Virus record (IMG/VR): IMGVR_UViG_3300031867_005677
Location: 1 to 64,000 of that record
Source of the DNA: a virus
Lineage: Duplodnaviria > Caudoviricetes
DNA: 64,000 nt
Direction: 5' to 3' (one strand)
Shown: piece after piece, positions 1 through 9,740 of the stretch
Position numbering within the stretch: position 1 is the first letter of the stretch
Layout: each line of letters starts with the position of its first letter
The notes under the pieces: generated by a model
The model's input: only the letters and a program-made list of their open reading frames with translations
The model's database searches: none
Told to the model about the DNA's origin: nothing
Made by a program: the position numbers and the translations under genes

Positions 1-1773
1 TGCATCTTCCTTGTTTTCAGCATTTTGATATTCCTTAAGAAGTGACTCAAGATTATCCTTAGCTGGAACAATATTATTTCTATCTTCCTCAGTAATCTTA
101 TCCTTCATATTTTCATCATTAAGCATCTGATCAATAGAATTAACTAACATTTGAGACATGTTAAGCTTATTCATTTGCTCTTCTCTCTTTTGATCTTCTT
201 CTTTATGTGCTTCAGCATCAGCCTTCATAGCTTCAATTTCAGCATCAGAAAGATTAGAATTAGAAATAGTAATCTTTTGTTCTTTACCTGTACCCTTATC
301 CTTGGCAGATACATTCAATACACCATTTGCATCAATATCAAATGATACTTCAATTTGTGGAACACCTGCCTTAGCTGGTGCAATACCTTCAAGATTAAAT
401 GTACCAATAGTCTTACAATCCTTAGCATATGTACGTTCACCTTGAAGAACTACAATAGTAACGGCAGATTGATTATCAACGGCTGTTGTAAATGTTTGTG
501 ACTTCTTACAAGGAATTGTAGTTTGTGCTTCAATAATCTTGGCCATACGACCCATTGGATCAAATTGATTATGTGCTTCAATACCCATAGAAATTGGAGT
601 AACATCAAGAAGTACAATATCACCTACACCTTCCTCTTTATTAAGAATAGCACCTTGAATAGCAGCACCAATTGCTACAACCTCATCAGGATTAACTCCC
701 TTAGATGGTTCCTTACCAAAGAAATTCTTAACAGCTTCTTGTACAGCAGGAATACGGGTAGAACCACCTACAAGAATTACCTCATCAATATCACTTGTTG
801 AAAGCTTAGCTTGCTCAAGAGTTGTACGACATGGTTCAATAGTTCTCTTGATAATTGAATCAATCAATTGTTCAAACTTAGCGCGGGTAATATTCTTTAC
901 AAGATGTTGTGGGCCATCGGCATTAGCTGTAATATAAGGAAGATTAATTTCAGTTGACATTGAAGAAGAAAGTTCAATCTTAGCCTTTTCTGCTGCTTCC
1001 TTAACACGTTGCATTGCCATAGGATCTTTAGTCAAATCAATACCCTTATCCTTCTTAAACTCATCAGTAAGATATTTAATAAGTTCATTATCAATATCAT
1101 CACCACCAAGATGTGTATCACCACCAGTAGCTAATACTTCAAATACACCTGAACCAAAATCAAGAATAGATACATCATGGGTCCCACCACCGAAATCGAA
1201 TACTACAATCTTCATATCCTTATCAGACTTATCAACACCATAAGCAAGTGCTGCGGCTGTAGGCTCATTGACAATACGTTTTACCTCAAGACCAGCAATC
1301 TTACCAGCCTCAATAGTAGCCTGACGTTGTCTATCATCAAAATAAGCAGGAACTGTAACAACTGCTTCAGTAACTTCATGGCCAAGGAAGTCTTCTGCAG
1401 TCTTTTTCATTTTACCTAGAATAATAGAAGAAATTTCTTGTGGTGTATACTTCTTACCATCAATATTTACTTTAGGAAGATTGTTATCATTAATAAGATC
1501 ATAAGGAACATTTTTATCCTCAGTCTTCAATTTATCATAATTCATACCCATATAACGTTTAATTGAATAAACAGTATTCTTTGGGTTTGTAATTGCTTGA
1601 CGTTTAGCAGGATCTCCTACTTTACGTTCTCCATCTTTTGTAAAACCAACTACTGAAGGAGTAGTTCTTTTACCTTCTGCATTTGTAATAACTTGTGATT
1701 CACCAGCTTCAAATACGGCTACACACGAATTTGTGGTACCTAAATCGATACCTATAATCTTTTTGTTGCTCAT
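1..1773 (-). CDS. dnaK: Hsp70 chaperone DnaK (3' end runs off the window; absent from ORF track)
   Basis: ATG at 1773, 591 open codons. My translation gives [74 protein letters not shown] and FDIDANG, all canonical Hsp70 motifs. Confidence 0.97.
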   Translation of the reverse strand, partial: MSNKKIIGIDLGTTNSCVAVFEAGESQVITNAEGKRTTPSVVGFTKDGERKVGDPAKRQAITNPKNTVYSIKRYMGMNYDKLKTEDKNVPYDLINDNNLPKVNIDGKKYTPQEISSIILGKMKKTAEDFLGHEVTEAVVTVPAYFDDRQRQATIEAGKIAGLEVKRIVNEPTAAALAYGVDKSDKDMKIVVFDFGGGTHDVSILDFGSGVFEVLATGGDTHLGGDDIDNELIKYLTDEFKKDKGIDLTKDPMAMQRVKEAAEKAKIELSSSMSTEINLPYITANADGPQHLVKNITRAKFEQLIDSIIKRTIEPCRTTLEQAKLSTSDIDEVILVGGSTRIPAVQEAVKNFFGKEPSKGVNPDEVVAIGAAIQGAILNKEEGVGDIVLLDVTPISMGIEAHNQFDPMGRMAKIIEAQTTIPCKKSQTFTTAVDNQSAVTIVVLQGERTYAKDCKTIGTFNLEGIAPAKAGVPQIEVSFDIDANGVLNVSAKDKGTGKEQKITISNSNLSDAEIEAMKADAEAHKEEDQKREEQMNKLNMSQMLVNSIDQMLNDENMKDKITEEDRNNIVPAKDNLESLLKEYQNAENKEDA

Positions 1774-1804
1774 AATTATTATGTTTATATTTTTATAGTT
1801 GCTC

Positions 1805-1825
1805 CATGAAGGATTTTCCTCCATG
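1805..1825 (-). promoter_or_regulatory. GC-rich hairpin in dnaK 5' leader
   Basis: mRNA sense CATGGAGGA-AAA-TCCTTCATG forms a 9-bp stem with one G.U pair, about 30 nt upstream of the ATG. Confidence 0.35.
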
Positions 1826-1891
1826 TTTATATATATTAAAATAGTTATTTACAATTTAATAATAAAATATTTTTTTAATGTAATTAATAAT

Positions 1892-2179
1892 TTATTGATT
1901 TTTTTCAATATATGGAAAATCAATATATACTAATGGTTTTAAATTTAATTTATATTCACTAATAATATCTTCTTGACAAAATGTTATTTCATTATAAGTT
2001 TCTAAATCATCATAAACTTCTGATGTATTAATTAAATTACCAAAATACATTTTATCATTATATGTTGCAATACATTTTACAACTAATTTATCAACAAATT
2101 TAATCATTCGTTGTAAATTAATAGACCAATATACATGATTAGTATCTAATAAATAATACTTATTAAATTTTGGCTTCAT
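1892..2179 (-). CDS. hypothetical protein
   Basis: Intact ORF in a tightly packed minus-strand operon. Confidence 0.7.
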   Translation of the reverse strand: MKPKFNKYYLLDTNHVYWSINLQRMIKFVDKLVVKCIATYNDKMYFGNLINTSEVYDDLETYNEITFCQEDIISEYKLNLKPLVYIDFPYIEKNQ

Positions 2180-2345
2180 TTTTATTTCTAAATTTATTTA
2201 TCAAATAAATTAATAAACGTTTTCCTAAACCATATCCAGTTTTTGCTATTTGAACTTTATCTGTTATTTGGCCATAAACCCAAATAATAAAACTACCAAA
2301 AGCAAATCCTAATAAAAAACATAAAATATGATATAATATTTCCAT
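2163..2345 (-). CDS. small membrane protein
   Basis: One N-terminal hydrophobic helix (ILYHILCFLLGFAFGSFIIWVYG). Confidence 0.65.
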   Translation of the reverse strand: MEILYHILCFLLGFAFGSFIIWVYGQITDKVQIAKTGYGLGKRLLIYLINKFRNKNEAKI

Positions 2346-2956
2346 TATTTATTCTTATTTAATTTTCTACGTTTAATTTCTTCTTCAACTTTATTATAAA
2401 AGAATTTAAGTTCTTGAATATATTTAGTCATATTACCAAGATGGCCTTCTTTATAAAGTTTTTCAAGTTCTTCATTCTTTAATATTGATAATGGGAATTC
2501 ATGCCATGACCTTCTTAATTCACTATTACGTTTACCTTCTTTAAATTCTCTTTGTGTAACATTAGGGTCATTTTCAAGATTAGGACGCCATGGCATATAA
2601 TTTTTATTAAGATATTTTTTCCATTCTTTCCAATCTTTATAATAATTTACATTCTTAGTACCTTTTAGATAATTAAGCCACCAATTAGACATTTCTTCTA
2701 AACTCATATATAATCCAATTGTTGCTTCATTTAACCATTTTGGCCGAACTCCTGTTAATTCTGGGAGTAACATAATAACATTATCGGGTTCATCTTCTAA
2801 AATTGTTATTATAGATTTAAGTGCTTCATCTTTATGCTCTCTACTCCACATTTCTAATTCAATAAGTTTATCATTAACTATTGAACATCTACCTGTTGAA
2901 TCAAAAATATAACTATAATACCAATTCTTATATAATTCTAAAAACTCTTTATTCAT
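2345..2956 (-). CDS. hypothetical protein
   Basis: 203 aa, Trp-rich; TAATG overlap with the next gene. Confidence 0.75.
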   Translation of the reverse strand: MNKEFLELYKNWYYSYIFDSTGRCSIVNDKLIELEMWSREHKDEALKSIITILEDEPDNVIMLLPELTGVRPKWLNEATIGLYMSLEEMSNWWLNYLKGTKNVNYYKDWKEWKKYLNKNYMPWRPNLENDPNVTQREFKEGKRNSELRRSWHEFPLSILKNEELEKLYKEGHLGNMTKYIQELKFFYNKVEEEIKRRKLNKNK

Positions 2957-2969
2957 AAATTATATATAT

Positions 2970-3272
2970 TTAATAATCTATCAAATCATCTATTCCAGGA
3001 TCAAAATCAACATCCATTTCTTTACCTGGATAATTTTCATAATGCCAACATTTTAAATATGAAAGTGCTTGATCAGGAGAATCAAATCTTTGATCCTGAC
3101 AAAATCTATCTCCCATTGTTGTAGATAGCCAATCACCTACAGTATGCCAAAATCCAAATATTGTTCCTTTACGGTCAATTCCATATCTTATTGTTCTTTT
3201 TTCTTCATAAAGATTAGTATCTTTATTTAATATATGACCTAATATAACTTCTTTATAAATTTTATATTTCAT
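2970..3272 (-). CDS. hypothetical protein
   Basis: Intact ORF in operon. Confidence 0.7.
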   Translation of the reverse strand: MKYKIYKEVILGHILNKDTNLYEEKRTIRYGIDRKGTIFGFWHTVGDWLSTTMGDRFCQDQRFDSPDQALSYLKCWHYENYPGKEMDVDFDPGIDDLIDY

Positions 3273-3274
3273 AA

Positions 3275-3718
3275 TTAATCAGGTAAGTTTTTTAAACATT
3301 CTTTATATTTTTCAATATAGTCACGTTCCTTATCATATAAATATTGAAGTTCAACAAGTTTTTGTTTACGATAATCATATAGATCTGTTATATATTTAAT
3401 AATGGCATTACGATCAGAAAAAACTTCACCACTATAATTCTTACAACGAAAATCTTCTAATTCACTATTACGACTATATGATGGGTTATCATCAAATTCT
3501 AATTCATATTCTTTTCCTTTTGAATTAATATATTTGATAAATCTATATTTTTTAATATTTTTTATCTCTTTATGATCATGTGACCAAGATGTAGAAACTT
3601 CTTCTTTATCTTGTATATCTATAATTGTATACGAAATAACTTTCATTTTCGTATAACAATACATTTGGTCACCCACCTTGAGATCACCAAATGTTTTAAA
3701 ATTATATTTGTTTTCCAT
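3275..3718 (-). CDS. hypothetical protein (N-terminal KOW/SH3-like motif LKVGDQMY)
   Basis: N-terminus and overall layout resemble 5841..6257 (CKVGDILY; C-terminal coiled coil). Confidence 0.65.
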   Translation of the reverse strand: MENKYNFKTFGDLKVGDQMYCYTKMKVISYTIIDIQDKEEVSTSWSHDHKEIKNIKKYRFIKYINSKGKEYELEFDDNPSYSRNSELEDFRCKNYSGEVFSDRNAIIKYITDLYDYRKQKLVELQYLYDKERDYIEKYKECLKNLPD

Positions 3719-4071
3719 TATGCAGAAAATAATATAGTTTGTGTTCCTTCAAGTGCTAATTTATCTAGATCTTTCTTAGACATATTTTTAAGCATTTCTC
3801 TATCCATTTTCCAAAATGCCTTCTTATACTCATCACTATATTTAATAAAAGTTAGTGCAGAATCAGTACATGATTTCCATTCTCCATAAGGAATAGAATC
3901 AATAACACCATCTGCTGATAAATGAAAATCATCAATTTGTACATTATAATTCTTACAAAACTTAATAATTTCATCTACTAACTTATGATGAAGATCTCTA
4001 AATGCACTAGTTATCTCATCATCTTGACATTCTTGGCATGGATATTTCTTAACTTTCTTTTCCATCATCAA
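3718..4071 (-). CDS. hypothetical protein
   Basis: Intact ORF with ATGA/TAATG overlaps. Confidence 0.7.
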   Translation of the reverse strand: MMMEKKVKKYPCQECQDDEITSAFRDLHHKLVDEIIKFCKNYNVQIDDFHLSADGVIDSIPYGEWKSCTDSALTFIKYSDEYKKAFWKMDREMLKNMSKKDLDKLALEGTQTILFSA

Positions 4072-4487
4072 CCAAATATACCTTTAAAAAAATTACTAAA
4101 CCATTTTAAATCTGGATCTTTAGTTTTAAAATTATATGGCTTATGTTTATCAATAATTCCGCAATCTACATTGGTATTCCCAAAAATATGGTGTGCTGAT
4201 ATTTTTCCACAATCAGTTTTTGCATTACCTTGTATATTATTCTTACAAGTTACATTACCAGTATTAACAGTTACATTGCCTTCGACATTACCATTTATAG
4301 TTACATTACCAACATCATTTTTTATTTCACCACAATTTCCTTCAATCTTAATTTCAATTTTCTTTGATTCAAATTTATTAAGATCTTCAATTACTTCTCC
4401 ATTTACATATGCTTTACCATTAATAACTGAAATGCTACAACCATCAGGAGCAGTATATGTTTTCCCATTAATATTTACTACATTCAT
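4068..4487 (-). CDS. beta-helix repeat protein (bactofilin/DUF4097-like)
   Basis: Repeats GNCGEI / GNVTIN / GNVEGNVTVN / GNVTCK / GNAKTD / GNTNVD are typical of small right-handed beta-helices. Confidence 0.5.
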   Translation of the reverse strand: MNVVNINGKTYTAPDGCSISVINGKAYVNGEVIEDLNKFESKKIEIKIEGNCGEIKNDVGNVTINGNVEGNVTVNTGNVTCKNNIQGNAKTDCGKISAHHIFGNTNVDCGIIDKHKPYNFKTKDPDLKWFSNFFKGIFG

Positions 4488-4489
4488 GA

Positions 4490-4693
4490 TTATATTAATT
4501 TAAAATGTTTATTAAATTCATTATGTGAAAAATAATACCAATCATCAGGTGGCCAACCTATTTGATATTTGTTTTCTCCAGCAATCATTACATTATAAAC
4601 GTAAAAATATTCTACACCTTTTATGAAAGGTAAATATTTATATTTATTATAAACTTTTATTTTAACTTCTTTTATACAAATAGCATGTGACAT
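4490..4693 (-). CDS. hypothetical protein
   Basis: Intact ORF in operon. Confidence 0.6.
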   Translation of the reverse strand: MSHAICIKEVKIKVYNKYKYLPFIKGVEYFYVYNVMIAGENKYQIGWPPDDWYYFSHNEFNKHFKLI

Positions 4694-4697
4694 TTAA

Positions 4698-4958
4698 TTA
4701 TTTTCTCTCATAAAAAATTACTTTACCTTCCAAAACACCCATTCGTGAGCTTTCCTTAAATGTTTTTGTCTTAGGTACATAATTAGAATCCATAGGCTCC
4801 ACAAGATACCAAATATCATCACCCTTCCATGTTACTTCAACAAGCTTCTCTCCAGGATTAAGTTCAACCTTTGTTGTACCACCCATTGAACGAGTAATTG
4901 ACTGGTCACATGATGTCAAACACAAAAATGTAAATAAAATTACTAAAAGTTTCTTCAT
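4698..4958 (-). CDS. putative lipoprotein
   Basis: MKK + hydrophobic stretch + lipobox LTSC (Cys17). Confidence 0.7.
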   Translation of the reverse strand: MKKLLVILFTFLCLTSCDQSITRSMGGTTKVELNPGEKLVEVTWKGDDIWYLVEPMDSNYVPKTKTFKESSRMGVLEGKVIFYERK

Positions 4959-4962
4959 ATTT

Positions 4963-5388
4963 TTATTTAATTAAATAATCATAAATAGTTTTCCAATCTG
5001 TTTCTGGTTCAAACCCAAATTTATCATCAATACCAATATTAAAATAATATTTAGAAGATAAATCAAGTGTTTTTGGGTCTGTAGATTGGCGTTCAACTTC
5101 AGGATTGCAATTCAAATAATCAAAATAGATTTTATTTCTATTGAATACAACTCCATAATCCAATGCCGCTTGATTGGTTGAACTTGTCCAAAGTATCAAC
5201 TTAATATTTGGATCTTTTGATAGTAATTGCAATACTTCTTTTGCATAAGGATAAAACTCATAATTCTCTTTATTCAAATAACTAGGAACAAAAATAGTAC
5301 CATGAACATCAACTAGAATATAAATATAATCCCAATTTTTTTCTTTTGCACGAACAAATGCATTATCAAAAGCTTTTATTATATTCAT
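4963..5388 (-). CDS. HAD-superfamily-like hydrolase
   Basis: ILVDVHGTI (DxDGT-like), LILWTS, and IGIDDK motifs. Confidence 0.55.
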   Translation of the reverse strand: MNIIKAFDNAFVRAKEKNWDYIYILVDVHGTIFVPSYLNKENYEFYPYAKEVLQLLSKDPNIKLILWTSSTNQAALDYGVVFNRNKIYFDYLNCNPEVERQSTDPKTLDLSSKYYFNIGIDDKFGFEPETDWKTIYDYLIK

Positions 5389-5409
5389 ATATCATTAATT
5401 TACATAAAT

Positions 5410-5437
5410 AATATAGAAACTATTTTAAAAAATTCAA
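5410..5437 (-). promoter_or_regulatory. putative early promoter TTGAAT-N15-CTATATT
   Basis: Same motif and 16-nt spacing at 7 sites, each upstream of minus-strand genes. Confidence 0.7.
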
Positions 5438-5835
5438 TTTATATAAGCAAAATGTGCATATAATTCTTTAGTTGGTAAAGTACTTAAATATGATAATCCA
5501 ACTTCATTAATTGTTCCTTCACCACTTTCAATTTTTGTAATCATTCCGTTATCTATATGGACAATTGTACCTTGAGTAATATCCAAAATAGATTCATGTC
5601 CTTTATATACATGAAAATGATTGGTACAAATAAATTTACCAGAAATAGGTCTTAAATTTTCTTCTATATAATCATGAACAAAAGTATAAAACAAATCTCT
5701 ATCTGTATTATTTATATAATCATAACACATAACATTTGAACAATTTTCTTTTTGTTTCGCAACACCAAGAAAATATTCATCTGCCATTATTAGTTTCTTA
5801 ATAGCTTTCCACCTTTCAATAATTCTTTTAATCAT
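5434..5835 (-). CDS. hypothetical protein
   Basis: Intact ORF. N-terminus (WKAIKKLIMADEYFLG) resembles 47245..47445 (LKAIWYILTCDNFFLG). Confidence 0.65.
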   Translation of the reverse strand: MIKRIIERWKAIKKLIMADEYFLGVAKQKENCSNVMCYDYINNTDRDLFYTFVHDYIEENLRPISGKFICTNHFHVYKGHESILDITQGTIVHIDNGMITKIESGEGTINEVGLSYLSTLPTKELYAHFAYIN

Positions 5836-5840
5836 ATAAA

Positions 5841-6257
5841 TTAATCGATATTTTTTCTTAGCAATTCATCAATACATTGCTCTATTAAATCTTTCTTTTT
5901 ATTTAATTTATCAATTTCATCATTTGTATAATTAAGTTTTTCATATAAATTTTCTATAGCAGAATTATATGCTTCTTCATAAGTTGTATATATATCATAC
6001 TTATGAGAATAGCATTCATCTCCCCTATAATATTGATCAATAACAAACTCTCTTTCTGGTTCTGGTGTATTAGGTACTTTTTCTTTGATAATAATTGCTT
6101 CTTTAGAATAAATGTGTCTCCCAACATCGGGACCATTAGTCACCATATCCAAAATTGTTACCGGAATAATTGTAATTGGTTTATCATTAATATTATAACC
6201 TAAACAATATAAAATATCACCAACTTTACATTCATTTAATTTTTTGTAAGTTACCAT
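5841..6257 (-). CDS. hypothetical protein
   Basis: Intact ORF with C-terminal coiled coil. Confidence 0.7.
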   Translation of the reverse strand: MVTYKKLNECKVGDILYCLGYNINDKPITIIPVTILDMVTNGPDVGRHIYSKEAIIIKEKVPNTPEPEREFVIDQYYRGDECYSHKYDIYTTYEEAYNSAIENLYEKLNYTNDEIDKLNKKKDLIEQCIDELLRKNID

Positions 6258-6268
6258 ATTATATGTAA

Positions 6269-6712
6269 TTAAATAAATATTTGATCTACTTGTATGCCAT
6301 TCTTTTTAAGGAAATCTAGACCTTCAGTATTTCTATAAGTATCATTATAACAAACACGTTTAATACCAGCTTGAATAATAATCTTTGCACATTCAAAACA
6401 AGGACTTAATGTAACATAAAGTGTTGCATCTTCAGTAGAACTTAACCATTTAGCACACTTTGAAATAGCATTTGACTCAGCATGTAATACTTCTTTCTTT
6501 GTTACTAAATTACCATTTTCATCATGATATTCACAACAATTATCATAACCAGTAGGAGTACCATTATAACCCTGTGATATAATTTGCCCTTTAGGAGAAA
6601 CTATAAGACAACCTACTTTATTTCTTTCTGCATAACTTAATTCTGACAAAATCTTAGCCATTCGCATATAGACTTTATCATATTGAATTTGTCTTTCTTT
6701 ATTCATATTCAT
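6269..6712 (-). CDS. dCMP deaminase (ComEB-like)
   Basis: KVGCLIV, GYNGTP, HAESNAI, TLSPCFEC zinc-deaminase motifs. Confidence 0.95.
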   Translation of the reverse strand: MNMNKERQIQYDKVYMRMAKILSELSYAERNKVGCLIVSPKGQIISQGYNGTPTGYDNCCEYHDENGNLVTKKEVLHAESNAISKCAKWLSSTEDATLYVTLSPCFECAKIIIQAGIKRVCYNDTYRNTEGLDFLKKNGIQVDQIFI

Positions 6713-6732
6713 ATCTTTAAAATTACATATTT

Positions 6733-6760
6733 AATATAGTAAATTGAATCATAAATTCAA
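6733..6760 (-). promoter_or_regulatory. putative early promoter
   Basis: TTGAAT-N15-CTATATT upstream of dCMP deaminase. Confidence 0.7.
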
Positions 6761-6808
6761 TTATGCAATTATAAATTCCATATTTGTAATAGAAAAATAG
6801 AATAAAAT

Positions 6809-7414
6809 TCAATTGAACTTTATTCTATATAAATTACAACCAACAAAATTTCCTAATACAATCATAAAATAATTATATCCAACTTGTGGAGAACGTATAT
6901 TAGAAGCACACATATAAAATGCATCAGCTATTGAATGATAAAATCCCGCTAATATAAATACTGGTACTGCAAATAGTAATGGTAACCATTTTTCTTCTCT
7001 TGCAAATTTAACTGCAGTTGTCATTAAGAATCCACAAAATATTGCTCTTATAAATGCTTGCCATATATCTACTTGTGATCTTGATTCAATAATTATATTT
7101 GATTTATCAACTAAATCAGGTATTGCATATATTGCAATTATAGCAGTTAATGCACAACCTAAGAAATTATTACAAAATATAAACCAAAATAGTTTTCCAA
7201 TATCAGATATATTTTCAACAAATCCAGCTGTACCTGTATAAAGAGCATATTTATAATGTACTACTGTTATTAAACCAAATGTAAATAATATTGCTCCAGG
7301 AATTCCTCCACCAACCATTAAATTAACTATACATCCTATAGATATACAAAATCCAGCCAATATAGCACTAAATGATAAATTCCAACATTCTTTAGTAGTA
7401 TCAGTTTTAATCAT
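6809..7414 (-). CDS. formate/nitrite transporter (FNT) family channel
   Basis: AILAGFCISIG, FTFGL, LYTG, NFLG, RAIFCGFLM, FILAGFYHSIAD and LGNFVG motifs; about 6 hydrophobic helices. Confidence 0.85.
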   Translation of the reverse strand: MIKTDTTKECWNLSFSAILAGFCISIGCIVNLMVGGGIPGAILFTFGLITVVHYKYALYTGTAGFVENISDIGKLFWFIFCNNFLGCALTAIIAIYAIPDLVDKSNIIIESRSQVDIWQAFIRAIFCGFLMTTAVKFAREEKWLPLLFAVPVFILAGFYHSIADAFYMCASNIRSPQVGYNYFMIVLGNFVGCNLYRIKFN

Positions 7415-7415
7415 A

Positions 7416-7595
7416 TTATATTATATGAAATAATTTTAAGTTTGATTCTATATCATTTTCAATTTGTTTTAATCTATCATCGATATCCATCCATAGATGT
7501 GAGCCACAAAAATCATTATATAAAGGATTTCTAAGCAATTCTGTCTTTTTACGAATTGCTTTAATTTCATTTAATACTTCAATATCATTAATCAT
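7416..7595 (-). CDS. hypothetical protein (59 aa, below ORF-track cutoff)
   Basis: MINDIEVLNEIKAIRKK...LFHII* fills the gap exactly, with a TAATTATG junction. Confidence 0.6.
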   Translation of the reverse strand: MINDIEVLNEIKAIRKKTELLRNPLYNDFCGSHLWMDIDDRLKQIENDIESNLKLFHII

Positions 7596-7597
7596 AA

Positions 7598-8404
7598 TTA
7601 CTTTTCATATTTTTCATGAAATTTTTTTAACATATCTAAGAAATCCATACTAAAGAATCTAATAACCTCATTTACAAATTCTTCATCTATTGCATCATCA
7701 CCCATAGCCCCAGCAAATGCTCCTGCTATAGCTGCTTCTGTATCAGCATCTCCACCGAGACTTACCGCTTTACGTATACAATCAATATAATTCTTAGATT
7801 CTAACCAACAAATCAAAGATGCTGGTACTGAATTTTGACAAGTACATTCAAATTTATGATTTCTATATAATGATGCATAAGTTTTTTCCAAATTATATCC
7901 AAAATTTTCAGTTACCCATTTCTTAATATATTTCTTAGATCTTCCTTCTCTAATTAAATATATTACTGCCGCAACACATTGTGCACCTTTAATACCTTCT
8001 TCGTGATTATGAGTTACTTCAGCTGTTGTTTTTGCTAATTTTAATGTTTCATCAAGTGATTTAGCATACCAACCAACAGGAATAACACGCATTGCAGAAC
8101 CATTACCATATGAATTATAAGGTTCACGATCTTTATTACGAATCCATTCTTTAAATTTTGTCGCTAATCCATAATTAAACATACCATAATTAAATTTATT
8201 ACACCAATAATGAAGCTTATCAATATATTCATCTTTAGTATGTTTAGTATTCATTAACCAATCAGCAGTGGCAATAATAGCTATTGAATCATCAGATGCA
8301 TTAGCTCTATCAAAAATAAGATTAAAATTATAATCTCTAGTTTTCTTAATTTCATAAGAAAGACCAATACTCGAACCCACAATTGCTCCAATTATACCTT
8401 TCAT
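7598..8404 (-). CDS. ADP-ribosylglycohydrolase (DraG/ARH family)
   Basis: SDDS, SYGNGSAMR, THNH.EG, GGDADTEAAIAGA motifs. The first GD motif appears as GS. Confidence 0.9.
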   Translation of the reverse strand: MKGIIGAIVGSSIGLSYEIKKTRDYNFNLIFDRANASDDSIAIIATADWLMNTKHTKDEYIDKLHYWCNKFNYGMFNYGLATKFKEWIRNKDREPYNSYGNGSAMRVIPVGWYAKSLDETLKLAKTTAEVTHNHEEGIKGAQCVAAVIYLIREGRSKKYIKKWVTENFGYNLEKTYASLYRNHKFECTCQNSVPASLICWLESKNYIDCIRKAVSLGGDADTEAAIAGAFAGAMGDDAIDEEFVNEVIRFFSMDFLDMLKKFHEKYEK

Positions 8405-8406
8405 AA

Positions 8407-9129
8407 TTATTTCTTTTTATAAAATTGATGATGTTTATGTTTATTAAAATTTATTAAATTATTTATATTAATATCTTTGCTTCTAATTTCTTTTAAATTT
8501 TCTTTATCATTTAATACACTATTACATATAAATACAGTATAATCATTATTATAAGTATTATCTGTAAATATTTGTCCATTATAATTTACTTTTATAATAC
8601 CAATATCATATTCAATCAATTTTTGAAGATTACAATATTTATATATAAATTTAAATATATCTTGATGTATACTTATATCTGTTAATTTTTTATTAGTTGC
8701 AAACAAATATATTCTATTATTACATGATAATTCATTATTTAATATTTCTTTTTGTGTTTGTTTATCAGTAAAATAGTATAGTGAATAATTATTATCATAT
8801 ATTTCTTTAGATATATTATTTGAATATATCTTATCTATAAAAATACACCATTTATCTTTATTCTTACAATATGAGGAAACATAATAATTATAATTTAGTA
8901 AAATATTATTAAATTCAATAATATTATTATAATCTACATTAGATATTTTCAAATCAATAAAATTATAAATATTATCATTTAATATAATATAAAATGATTT
9001 ATTATTGGTTTTATCAATATAATCTACTATAGTAATATTTTCTTTATATTTATCCAATAAAGACTCTTTTAATAAATCAATATTATATATATTCAATAAT
9101 TGTTCACTTGTATCTAATATTTCATTCAT
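8407..9129 (-). CDS. hypothetical protein
   Basis: 240 aa, Asn/Ile-rich. Confidence 0.65.
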   Translation of the reverse strand: MNEILDTSEQLLNIYNIDLLKESLLDKYKENITIVDYIDKTNNKSFYIILNDNIYNFIDLKISNVDYNNIIEFNNILLNYNYYVSSYCKNKDKWCIFIDKIYSNNISKEIYDNNYSLYYFTDKQTQKEILNNELSCNNRIYLFATNKKLTDISIHQDIFKFIYKYCNLQKLIEYDIGIIKVNYNGQIFTDNTYNNDYTVFICNSVLNDKENLKEIRSKDININNLINFNKHKHHQFYKKK

Positions 9130-9131
9130 AA

Positions 9132-9665
9132 TTATATATATCGTTTATCTGTTTCATTAAATATAGGTTTAACATTTTTTATATTTACCATTTTACAAAA
9201 TTTACCAAATGTATTATATAACTGAATCTTTGGCAAGAAATGATTAATTATTAAGCAAAAATATATTTTACCTTGATGTTTAACTAATTTGAATTCATCA
9301 CCATATTGGTTTTGTATTGATATTGAATTATTATCTGGTAATGTCTTTAATAATTTAGTTGATTCTTTTATATAATGTGATGGTAACATATTAAGTATTG
9401 CAGTATGTTCATTAATATCTTTATTAACTAATGCCCTTGCTTTATATTTCTTGCCATTATGCTCCCATTCCTCATCAGTTTCAGCAAATTGTTTATTGAC
9501 AATCATACAAGCATTCTTATAGGTAATAACTGTCATATTAGAATCGTCATATGAATAAAGACGACGATCATCCCCATCTTTCCATGGAGACATTTGTAAT
9601 AGATATTTATCCATTACTTTATAAACATTACCTGTATATGACTGTAAATATTTATCTTGATCCAT
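9132..9665 (-). CDS. hypothetical protein
   Basis: First gene of the leftward operon; a CTATATT element lies upstream at about 9690. Confidence 0.7.
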   Translation of the reverse strand: MDQDKYLQSYTGNVYKVMDKYLLQMSPWKDGDDRRLYSYDDSNMTVITYKNACMIVNKQFAETDEEWEHNGKKYKARALVNKDINEHTAILNMLPSHYIKESTKLLKTLPDNNSISIQNQYGDEFKLVKHQGKIYFCLIINHFLPKIQLYNTFGKFCKMVNIKNVKPIFNETDKRYI

Positions 9666-9740
9666 CTTTAATTATTATTAATCTAATATAATATAGTATA
9701 ATATATTTGATAAATTAAAATAGAAATTTGTTACTAGAAA

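Noticed and set aside
1774-1890. CIRCE/HrcA heat-shock operator before dnaK
   Set aside because: TTAGCACTC-N9-GAGTGCTAA is not present.
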